Source: the human T2T-CHM13v2.0 reference genome, Homo sapiens. From it: DNA of 64,000 nucleotides. The notes below the pieces were generated by a model that was not told where the DNA came from, searched no databases, and worked only from the letters and a program-made list of their open reading frames with translations. The stretch is from NCBI RefSeq assembly GCF_009914755.1, contig NC_060943.1; one strand, 5' to 3'. Made by a program: the position numbers and the translations under genes. Below, in pieces: positions 14,001 to 26,966 of this stretch (within the stretch, counting starts at the first letter, position 1; each line of letters opens with the position of its first letter).

Positions 14001-17000
14001 CTGTGGTAGTCCAGGTATGTCTATCATTAGACTGCCTGTGCTTAGCCAGGAATCTCTCCATTAGAATGCCTGAGGTTAGCCCTGAGTCTGTAACATTAGA
14101 ATACCTGTGGTTGCCCAGGTGTCTCTATCATTGAAATGCTTGGGGTTGCCCACTTGTCTCTATCATTAGAATGCCTGGGGTGGGCCAGAAATCTCTCTCA
14201 TTAGAATGCCTGTTGTCACCCAAGTCTCTATCCATAGACTGCTTGGGTTGGCCAGGAGTCTCTCCCATTAAAATGTCTGGGTCTCCCAGTTTCTCTATCA
14301 TTAGACTGTCTAGGGATGACTGGAAGTCTCTCCCATTAGAATACCTGGGTTGCCCACGTGTCTCTATTGTTAGACTGCCTGGCATCAGACAGGAGTCTCT
14401 CATTAGAATGTCTGATGTCAACCAAAATTCTCTCCCATTAGAATGCCTGGGGTCTCACTGGTGCCTAAATAATTACAATGCCTGGGGTCTCCCAGGTTTC
14501 TCTATCATTAGAATGCCTCGGGTTGGCAGAGAGTCTCTTGCATTAGAATGCCTGCAATCGCCCAGTTGTCTCTATCCATAGACTGCCTGGGGTCAACCGT
14601 AAGACTCTCCCATTATAATGCCTGGAATCGCCCAGGTGTCCCTATGCATAGACTGTCTGGGGTCGGCCAGGAATCTCTCTTATTAGAATGCCTGAGGTCG
14701 CCCAGGTGTCTCTATCAATAAACTGCCAGAAGTCTCCCCCATTAGAATGTCTGAGATTGGGTAGGAGTCTCTCTTATTTTAATGCCTGGGGTCACCCAGG
14801 TGTCTATTTAATTAGACTGACTGGGGTCGGCCAGGGGTCTCTCCCATTAGAATGCCTGGGATCACCCAGGTATCTCTATCATTAGACTGCCTATGCTTAG
14901 CCAGTTGTCTCTCCATTAGAATGCCAGAGGTTGGCCAGGAGCCTCTCACATTAGAATTCCTATGGTCACTCAGGTGTCTTTATCCTGAAAATGATTGGAG
15001 CCACCCACTTGTCTCTATCATTTGAATGCCAAGGTTTGGCCTCGAGTCTCTCCTATTAGAATGCCTGGGGCTGCCTAGGTGAGTCTGTCATTATACTGTC
15101 TGGGGTTGTTTGGGAGTCTCTTCCATTAAAATGCCTGGTGTCACCCAGGTGTCTCTATCTTTAGGATGCCTGTGGTCGGCTGGGGGTCTCTCTCATTAGA
15201 ATGCCTGGTGTCAGCCAAGAATAACTCCCATCTGAGTGCCTGGGGTCCACAGGAGTCTCTATCATTGAAATGCCTGGGGTCACCCAGGTGTCTCTGTCAT
15301 TACAATACCTTGGGACGACCAGTAGTAGTCTCTTCCATTAAAATGCATGGGGTCACCAAATTGTCACTTTAATTAGACTGCATGGGGTTGGCAAGCAGTC
15401 GCTCCCATTAGAATGCCTGCGGTCACCAAGGTGTCTCTATCATTAGACTGCCTTGGGTTGGTTGGGAGTCTCTCCCATTATAATGCCTGGTGTTGCCCAG
15501 GTGTCTCTATCATTAGACTGCCTGGGGTTAGATAATATTCTCTTCATTAGAATGCTTGGGTTTGCCCAACTGTCTTTAATATTTGACCACCTGGGGTCGG
15601 CCAAAAGTCTCCCTTATTAGAATGCCTGGTGTCAGCTGGGAGTCTTTCTCATTTGAGTGCCTGGGGTCGCACAGGTGTTTCTATCATTAAAATGCCTCAG
15701 GTCGCCCAGGTGTCTCTATTATTAAAATGCCTCGGGATGACTGAGAGTCTCTCCCATTAGAATGCCTGTGGTTGCCCAGGTGTCTCAATCATAAGACTGC
15801 CTGAGGTCAGATGGGAGTCTCTCCCATTAGAATGCCTGGGGTCACTTAGGTGTCTCTATCATTAGACTGCCTGAGTTCGGCCAGGAGGCTTTTCCATTAG
15901 AATATCTGGGATCCGCCGGCAATCTTTCCCATTAGAATGTCTGGGTTTTGCCAAAAGTTTATCCCATTAGATTGTCTGGAATCACCCAGGTGTCTATATC
16001 ACCAGACTACCTGGTCGACTGGAAGTTTCTCACATTAGAATGCCTTGGGTCGCCCAGGTGTCTCTATCATTAGACTGCCTGGGGTCAGCTGGGAGTGTCT
16101 CCCATTAGAATGGCTGAGGTCTCCCATGTGTCTCTATAATTAGACAGCCTGCCTGGGGTCAGCCATGAGTCTCAAAAAAAAAAAAAAAAACCCATGGCTA
16201 CCCCAGGTTTCTTTATCCTTAGACTGCCTAGATTCAGCCAGGAGTCTCTTTCATTAGAATGTCTGTTGTTGCCCAGATGTCTCTACTCTTAGACTGCCTA
16301 GGTTCCATCAGGGGTATCTCCCATTAGAATGTCTTGGGTCAGCCAGGGTCTCTCCCTTTAAAATGCCTGGGGTTCATCAGGGGTCCCTCCCAATAGAATG
16401 TGTTGGGTAACCTGGGAGTTTCTCCTTTTAAAATGCGTGGAGTCCCCCAGGTGTCTCTATCATTAGAATGCCTGGGCTCAACCACGGGTGTTTCCAATAA
16501 GAATGCCTGTGGCCTCCCAGTGTCTCCATCATTAGATTGCCTGCAGTCAGCCAGGGTTCTCTCCCATTAGAATGCCTGGGGTTGCCCATGTGTCTCAATA
16601 ATTAGACTGCTTGCAATCAGCAAGAAGTCTCTCCCAAGAGAATGCCTGGGGTTGAGTTGGAGTCTCTCCCAATAGGAAGGCTGTGTTCTCCCAGGTGTCA
16701 CTATTATTAGAATGCCTGGGGTCAGCTAGAAGACTCTCACATTAGAATGTCTGGTCTCACCGAGGTGTCTCTATCATTAGACGGCCTCTGGTTGGCTGGT
16801 AGTTTCTCCCATTAGAATGCCTGGGATCATCTGGATGTCTTTACCATTAGACTGCCTGGGGTTGGCCAGGAGTCTCTCCCATTTGAATGCCTGGGGTCGG
16901 CTGGGAGTCTCTCCCATTAGAATACCTGGGGTTGTCCAGGTGTCTCTATCATTAGACTGCCGGGGTTGGCCTGGAGTCTTTCCCATTAGAATGCCTGGAG

Positions 17001-17603
17001 TCGCCCAAGTTTCTCTGAGACTGCCTGGGGTTGGCCAGGAGTCTCTCCCACTAGAATGTTCAGCCAGGAGTCTCTTTCATTAGAATGCCTGGGGTTGCCC
17101 AGGTGCCTCTATCATTAGACTGCCTGGATTCAGCCAGGAGTCTCTCCCATTAGAATGCCTGCTGTCACTCATGTGGCTCTATTATTAGACTGCTGGGGTT
17201 GGCCTGGAATCTCTCCCATTTGAATGCCTGGGGTTGCCAAGATGTCTCTATCCATAGACTGCTTGGGTCGGCAAGGAGTCTCTCCCGTTAGAATGCCTTT
17301 AGTCGGCTGGGAGTCTCTCCCATTAGAATGTTTAGTTAAGCCCATGTTTCACTTTATTAGACTGCCTGGGGTCACCCAGGAGTCTCTCCCATTAGAATGC
17401 CTGGGTTGCCCAGGTTTCTCTATCATTAGACTGCCTGTGGTCAGCCAGGAGTCTCTCCATTAGAATGCCTGGGGTTGGCCAGGAGTCTCTCACATTAGAA
17501 TGCCTGTGGTCGCCCAGTTGTCTCTATCATTAAAATGCTTGGGTTTGCCCAGTTGTTTCTACCAACAGAATGCCAGGGTTTGTCCCAGAGCCTCTCCCAT
17601 TAG
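5064..17603. repeat. HSAT4-type 35-bp satellite (70-bp dimer), segment 1
   Basis: Alternating 35-mers cctggggtcgcccaggtgtctctatcattagactg / cctggggtcagccaggagtctctcccattagaatg; joins alpha through shared gtc at 5061-5063. Confidence 0.9.
13595..13665 (+). pseudogene. MT-RNR1: NUMT: ~70-bp fragment of mitochondrial 12S rRNA
   Basis: tagcaataaatgaaagtttaagctatactaaacccagggttggttaatttcatgccagccactgcggccat matches mt 12S TAGCAATAAACGAAAGTTTAACTAAGCTATACTAACCCCAGGGTTGGTCAATTTCGTGCCAGCCACCGCGGTCA with a 4-nt deletion and three CpG-decay changes. Confidence 0.93.
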
Positions 17604-18070
17604 TGTAGGGGTTCAGTCAAGATGCTGGGGAAAACTATAAAACACAAACATTCTTGGAAGGCCAGGGGGTTTTGTATAGCTTCAAATACTTTGTCTGAAG
17701 GTGGCCTAATCCTCTTTGAACTATAGCAAGGGTAATTAATATAGGAACATAGAGTAGTTAACCTAAATAGCTTGTTTACTTATGTGGTCCTAAAACTAAC
17801 CTCTGATCATCCACTGGTGCATGATTGCTCTCTACTCGGGGGTTCAGCAACAATAATTACCTTCTAGTGGTGTTTACCTGAGACTTCTGTCATTAAATGT
17901 GTGCTAAATAAATGCCGGGAGGGCCAACAAGTCAGAGCCGTGGCTGACAGGACTCTTCTTGGAGTCTGTAAGTGGCCTGGATGCTCAGCAGGACTGACAA
18001 GCATAAGATCTGTGTCAGTGTACATTATTCATCCGTCGTTGAGTCAGGGTCTGCAGGACAAACCCCCGCA
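17604..18070 (+). mobile_element. 5' LTR (LTR22 family)
   Basis: Begins tgtaggggttcagtca, ends cccccgca; AATAAA at 17907-17912; colinear with 22767-23233. Confidence 0.9.
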
Positions 18071-18072
18071 GG

Positions 18073-18090
18073 TGGTGACCCCGACATGAT
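18073..18090 (+). promoter_or_regulatory. Primer binding site complementary to tRNA-Trp(CCA)
   Basis: tggtgaccccgacatgat, 2 nt after the LTR; 17/18 to TGGTGACCCCGACGTGAT, with the mismatch at a CpG. Confidence 0.88.
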
Positions 18091-18232
18091 CAAGGCAGTG
18101 AAGGAAGCGCGATGGACACCCTGAAAACGAAGGTGAAAAAGGAACCTTGTCATCAGCGAGCAATCAGTAAGTCATTGGTGCCCACTCAGGATCTCCAAGT
18201 TCAGGGGAGATTGTTCAGGCTGAGGTTTCATC

Positions 18233-18788
18233 ATGAGACAACAGTTATCAGCTCAACAGAAACAGTACATAAAAGTGTTGAAACAGCTGCTTAAGGCTAG
18301 TGGAGCCTCAGTTTTGCAGGCTCAATTAAATGACCTAATGCAAACTGTTATAAGCCAAAGCCTATGGTTCCCAGAAAAAGGCACGCTAGACATAAAGCTC
18401 TCGGAACAAGTGGGGAGAAATCTTAAACAGCATTATGCACAAGGGCAATGAGTCCCAGTAACACCTCTAGCGCTATGGGCTGTAATTAGGCTGGACCAGG
18501 CTCCATTATACACAGAAGAGCCTAAAAAGGGGAAGGAGGAACCGTAACCTGCGTTACCACCTCCTTTTCCTTCAGCCCGGATATATCACCGGGCCAGAAT
18601 AACAAAAAGGAAACGGGGTTTTTCCTGAGCCACCTCCTCCAAGAGATAGGAAAAAGGACAGGAGACACGCTACACCTATGAGACCCTGTCTAATCAAGCG
18701 GCATTAGAAGGGGAGCTTTTAGCCTGCCTGGTAATGCAAGGTCAGCAAGGCAATCAGGTACCTAAAGGGTTAAGAAAAAGCATTAGAG
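18233..18788 (+). pseudogene. gag: gag remnant (MA to start of CA), disrupted and truncated
   Basis: MRQQLSAQQKQYIKVLKQLLKASGASV...WFPEKGTLD is betaretroviral MA (Gly2 lost); stop at 18449-18451; homology ends after ...QQGNQV/KGLRKSIR. Confidence 0.85.
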
Positions 18789-19107
18789 GCCAGAGTGCTG
18801 CGGTCAAGCAGGCAGTAAATAGAAAGCAAACACTGCCAGCAAATGCTCCCCAAAACTTGGCCTGCGTAGCAGCTGTGTTGACGAAAAGCCAGGTCCAGTG
18901 CACCAGAGCGGCCTGCTACTGAGGGGCAGAAGGTGTGCGCGGGAAGGCTCACCCAACCTGCAGCAGCCACCCGGTGGCGGGAGGAGGGAGCGGCACACGC
19001 AGAAAGAAGCGGTGCAGACAAGAAGCGGCAGGGCCTGAGCAAGCACATCGCAGCCGCTGCCCCCGGACCTGCCCGCTCAGCTCTACAGCTCCGCAGGCGG
19101 CCCACGA

Positions 19108-19190
19108 CAAAATTTCATGTGTTTATTGTATACAGAGACGTCCCAAATTATAATTCTCTGCTAAGATTTAAGTAAAATTTAAGAATTTAA
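19108..19190 (+). pseudogene. pro: Short degenerate protease remnant
   Basis: aatttcatgtgtttattgtatacagagacgtcccaaattata resembles a decayed (G)LLDTGADVSII active-site motif directly before the pol start. Confidence 0.45.
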
Positions 19191-19194
19191 AAGA

Positions 19195-21990
<2,796 letters not shown>

Positions 21991-22149
21991 AAATGGAGAA
22001 AATTGCCTGGCTTAGCTTCTGAGATCAGACAGAAACATATTGGCTAAAGTTAAAAAAGGTATCGTCCAGTTTTTTTGTAAACCAGACTTCAAAATAAAGC
22101 ACAACAGGTTTTTCTTAAAGCACTAACCTGCTCTTTAACAAAGATTATA

Positions 22150-22273
22150 AAAGGTCTCTTAGCACAGGCACCACCCCTAGAATTTCCAGTACACTAGCAC
22201 GAGCCTGGAGACTACGTCCTCATCAAATGATGGAAAGAAGAAAAAACCCGAGCCAGTCTAAAAAAGACCCTAC
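22150..22273 (+). mobile_element. Class I (gammaretrovirus-like, HERV-I/IP10-like) integrase C-terminal fragment inside the HML-5 provirus
   Basis: Translates KGLLAQAPPLEFPVH*HEPGDYVLIK*WKEEK/PEPV*KRPY, i.e. the PGDxVLIK...WEGPY GPY/F module typical of class I integrases. Confidence 0.75.
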
Positions 22274-22289
22274 AGGACCTGCAGCCCCA

Positions 22290-22752
22290 GACGATGCAGC
22301 TTCCATGGATGATGCAGGCCCCAGACATTATGCTGAAGAGGCATAAGGCTAAGCCAAATAATTTATTCCTTTTTAATTCTCTCACTCTGCCTGCAACCAG
22401 TACTTGCTACACTCTATTAAGCTCATCTCTGAAATCCACCCTTTTTTATGCCCTGTTACTTAACAAACACCCCCTTCAGAGCTTCTAACAGTGAGACTGC
22501 TTGGCTAAAAGAAATTAACATTCTCCCGGTGGGGTTCCTCATTGATGGCATAGAGTGAACTGAGATGCCAAGTAACACTATGGGTCACTCTTTGACTGGA
22601 AAATAATGTTGCTAATTATAATCATGATTACATTATGTGATTTGCTAATTCTAGGATGCAAAGCCGGAATAAAAGCAATGGCTGCCATGCCTTACAAACC
22701 TGTTGCTGCATACATCTGCATTCTCCAATCAAAAAGACCTAATGCAGAAAAC
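22290..22752 (+). pseudogene. env: env remnant (mostly deleted; TM anchor and cytoplasmic tail retained)
   Basis: ORF 22606-22788 MLLIIIMITLCDLLILGCKAGIK...RKGGD runs into the PPT/LTR as HML env does; only ~0.46 kb of env remains. Confidence 0.7.
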
Positions 22753-22766
22753 AGAAAAGGGGGAGA
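22753..22766 (+). promoter_or_regulatory. Polypurine tract
   Basis: agaaaagggggaga immediately before the 3' LTR tg. Confidence 0.9.
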
Positions 22767-23233
22767 TGCAGGGTTTCAGTCAGGATAGGTGGGAAAATTA
22801 TAAAACATAAACCTTCTTGGAAGGCCAGGGGGGTTTGCATAGCTTCAGATAGCTTTGCTGAAGATGGCCTAATCCTCTTTGAACTATAGCAAGGGTAACT
22901 AACATAGGAATGTAGAGTAGTTTATCTAAATAGCTTGTTTACTCATATGGTTCTAAAACTAACCTCTGACCATCCGCGGGTGCATGATTGCTCTCTACTC
23001 TGTGGCTCAGCAACAGTAATTACCTTCTAGTGGTGTTTACTTGGGACTTCTGTCATTGAATGTGTGCTAAATAAATGCTGGGAGGGCCAATGAGTCGGGG
23101 CTGTGGCTGACAGGACTCTCCTTGGAGTCCGTAAATGGCCCAGACATTTGGCAGGACTGACAAGCATAAGATCTGTGTCAGTGTATGTTATTTATTCGTT
23201 GTTGAGTCAGGGTCTGCAGGACAGACCCCAGCA
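22767..23233 (+). mobile_element. 3' LTR (LTR22 family)
   Basis: 467 bp, about 60 differences from the 5' LTR by hand alignment; AATAAA at 23070-23075. Confidence 0.9.
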
Positions 23234-26200
23234 TATTAGAATGCCTGGGGTCACCCAAGTTTCTTTATCATTAGACTGCCTGGGTTCGGGCAGGAGTCTT
23301 TTATTAAAATGCCTCAGTTGGCCAGGTGTCTCTATCATTAGACTGCCTGGGGTAGCACAGGTGTCTCTATCATTAGGATGCCTGGGGTTGTCCAGGAGTC
23401 TTTCCTATTAGAATGCCTGGGGTTGCCCAGGTGTCTCTATCATCACACTGCCTAGGGTTGGCCACAAGTCTCTTCTATTAGAATGCCTAAGGTCGCCCAG
23501 GAGTCTATATAATTAGACTCCCTGGCGTTGGCCAGAAGTCTCTCTGATTAGAATGCCTGAGATCACCCAGATGTCTCTATCCTTAGACTGCCTGGACTTG
23601 GCCAGGAGTCTTTCTTAATAAAATGCCTGGAGTCATCCAGGAGTATTTATCCTTAGACTGCATGGGGTCAGAGAAAAGTCTCTCTCGCTAGATTCACTGG
23701 AGTTTGCCGGGAGTCCCTCCTATTATAATGCCTGTTGTTGCTCCCAGCTGTTTTTAACATTTGACCACGTGGGGTAGGCCAGGAGTCTCTCTCATTAGAA
23801 TTCCTAGTGTCAGCTGGGAGTCTCTCCCATTTGAGTGTCTGGGGTCGCCCAGGTGTCCCTTTCATTACAATGCCTCAGGGGGACCAGGAGTCTCTCCCAT
23901 TAGAATGCATGTGGTCGCCCAGGTGTCTCTATTATAAGACTGCCTGGGGTCGGATGAGAGACTCTCCCATTAGAATGCCAGGGGTTGCTTAGGTGTCCCT
24001 ATTATTAGACTGTCTGGTGTTGGCTGGGAGTCTCTCATATTAGAATGCCTGGGATTACCCAGGAGTCTCTACCCTTAAAGTAATGGAAATTGATGAGGGG
24101 TATCTCATTAGAATGCCTGGGATCAGCGAGAAGTCTCTCCCATTAGAATACCTGAAGTCACCCAGGTTTTTTATAATTAGACTTCCAGGGGTCAGCCAGG
24201 AATCTCACCCATTACTATGCCTGGGGTCCCCCAGGTGTCTCTATGCATGCTTGTTTCAGCCAGAAGTCTCTCCCAGTACAATGCCTTTGGTCGGATGAAA
24301 GTCTCTCCTATTAGAATGCCTTTGGTCTCCCAGATGTCTCTTTAATTAGGCAGCCTTTGGTCAGCCAGGAGACTTTCCCATTAGGATGCCTGCAGTCTCC
24401 CAGGTATCACTGTCATTAGAATGCTAGGGGTTGGCCAGGAGTCTCTCCCATTAGTATGTCTTGGGTCACTCAGCTGTCTCTCTCATTAGACTGTCTGTGG
24501 TCAGCCAGGAATCTCTATTAGAATGCCTTGGGTCACCCAGGTGTATTTATCAATAGACTGCCTGGGGTTGGACCGGAGTCTCTCCCATTGAAATGCCTGA
24601 GGTCAGAGGGGAATATCTTCCTTTAGAATGCCTGTGTTTGCCCAGTAGTCTCTATCAATAGACTGCCTGTGGTCAGCCGGGTGTCTCTCCCATTAGAATT
24701 CCTGCAGTCACCCAGGTGTCTCTGTCATTACACTCCCCGGGGTCAGCCGGAAGTCTCTCCCATTAGAATGCCTGGGGTCACCCAGGTGTCTCTATAGTTA
24801 GACTGCCTGGCATCGGCCAAAATTCTCTCTCACTAAAATGCCTGTGGACACCCAGTTGTCTCTATCCATAGACTGCTTTCTTCGGCCAGGAGTCTCTTAC
24901 ATTTGAATGCCTGTGGTCGACTGGGAGTCTCTGCTGTTAGAATGCCTGGGGTCTCCCAGCTGTCTCTCATTAGACTGCCTGGGGTCAGCCAGGATTCTCT
25001 CCATTAGAATGCCTGCTGTTGTGAAGTGTCTCTATCACTAGATTGCCTGGAATCGCCCAGGTGTCTCTATCATTAGAATGCCTAGAGTCAGCCAGCAGTC
25101 TCTTTCATTAGAATTCCTGGGTTGGCCAGGAGTCTCTCACATTAGAAGGCCTGGGGTCACTAAGGTGTCTCTATCATTAAAATGCTTGGGGTCACCCACT
25201 TTTCTCTATCATTAGAATGGCTGGGCTAGGCCAGGAGTCTCTCCCATTAGAATGCCTGGCATTGCCCAGGTGTCTTTATCATTTGACTGCCTCGGTTGGA
25301 CCAGGTTTATCTATCATTGGAATCCTTGGGTTCATCCAGGAGTCTCTCCCATGAGAATGCCTGGGGTCAGCCGGGACTCTCTACTACTAGAATGCCTGAG
25401 GTCGCCCATAAGTCTCTATCATTAAATGGCCTAGAGTCGACCAGGAATCTTTCTCATTAGAATGGCTGCAGTTGCCCTGGTGACTCTATCATTAGACTGA
25501 CTGGGGTTGGCCAGGAATCTCTCCCATTAAAATGCCTGGGGTTGCCCAAGTGTCTTTATTGTTAGACTCCCTGTGATTGTCCCGGAGTCTCTGCCATTAT
25601 AATGCCATGGGTTGGCCAGGTTTCTCTCCCATTAGAACACCTGGTGTTGCCCAGGTGTCTCTATCATTAGAATGCCTGGGCTCGCCCTGGAGTCTCTTTC
25701 ATTAGAATGTCTGGGATCAGCCGGCAGAATTTTTCAATAGAATGTCTGGGTTTTGCCAAAAGTCTCTCCCATTAGATTGTCTGGAATTGCACAGGTGTCT
25801 AGATCATAAGACTACCTGGGTCACCCAGAAGTCTCTCACATTAGAATGCCTTGGGTTCCCCATGTGTCTCTATCATTAGACTGCCTGGGGTCAGCCAGGA
25901 ATCTCTCCCATCAGAATGCCTGGGGTCTCCCATGTGTCTATATAATTAGACAGCATGAGGTCAAGAAGGAGTCCCTCTCAAAAGAAATGCCTTGGGTCAC
26001 CCAGGTTTCTTTCTCCCTAGACTGCCTGGATCCAGCCAGTAGTCTCTTTCATTAGAATGCCTGTTTTTACCCAGGTGTCTCTATTTTTAGACTCCATGGG
26101 GCCGGTCAGCTGTCTCTCCCATTAGAATGTCTTAGGTCGGCCAAGAGTCTCTCCCTTTAAAATGCCTGGGGTCGCTCAAGTTTTTCTATCATTAGAATGC

Positions 26201-26966
26201 CTAAGGTCGGCTGACAGTCTCTCCCATTAAAATGCCTGGATTTGCCCAACTAAGTTTGGCATCGGATCTCTCTTACAAGAATGCCTGTGGTCGCCCAGGT
26301 GTTTCTATCATTAGACTGCCTGTGGTCAGCCAGGGGTCTCTCCCATTAGAATGCCTGGGATTGCCCATATGTCTCAATAATTAGACTGCCTGCGATCAGC
26401 AAGGAGTCTCTTTCAAGAGAATGCCTTGTGTTGAGTGGGAGTCTTTCCTATTAGAATGACTGGGATCTCCCAGGTGTCTCTATCATTAGAATGCCTGGGG
26501 TCAGCTGGGAGTCTCTCCTATTAGAATACCTGGGCTCGCGAAGGTGTCTCTATCATTAGACAGCCTGAGGTTGGCTGGTAGTTTGTTTCATTAGAATGCC
26601 TGGGGTGGTCCGGATTTCTTTACAATTAGACTGCCTGGGGTCAGCCAGGAGCCTCTCCCATTTGAATGCCTGGGGTCAGCAGGGAGTCTCTCCCATTAAA
26701 ATGCCTGGAGTCACCCAGGCGTCTCTCTCATTAGACTGCCTGGGGTTAGCCTGGAGTCTTTCCCGTTAGAATGCCTGGGGTCTCCCAGGTATCTCTATCA
26801 TTAAACTGCTTGGGGTCGGCCAGGAATCTCCCTCATTAGAATGCCTGAAGTTGACCAAGTGTCTCCCCCATTAGAATGCCTGTTGTCACCCAGGTGTCTC
26901 TATCATCAAACTGCCTGGGTTCAGCCAGGAGTCTCTCTTATTAGAATGCATGGGGTCGCCTACATG
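23234..26966. repeat. HSAT4-type satellite, segment 2
   Basis: Same 35/70-bp unit resumes in register after the proviral TSD. Confidence 0.9.

Noticed and set aside
16171-16190. gtctc followed by A17, like an Alu tail remnant
   Set aside because: The paralogous block at ~25975 has ctctcaaaagaaatgcc, so this is a local A-run expansion; no Alu body or TSD.
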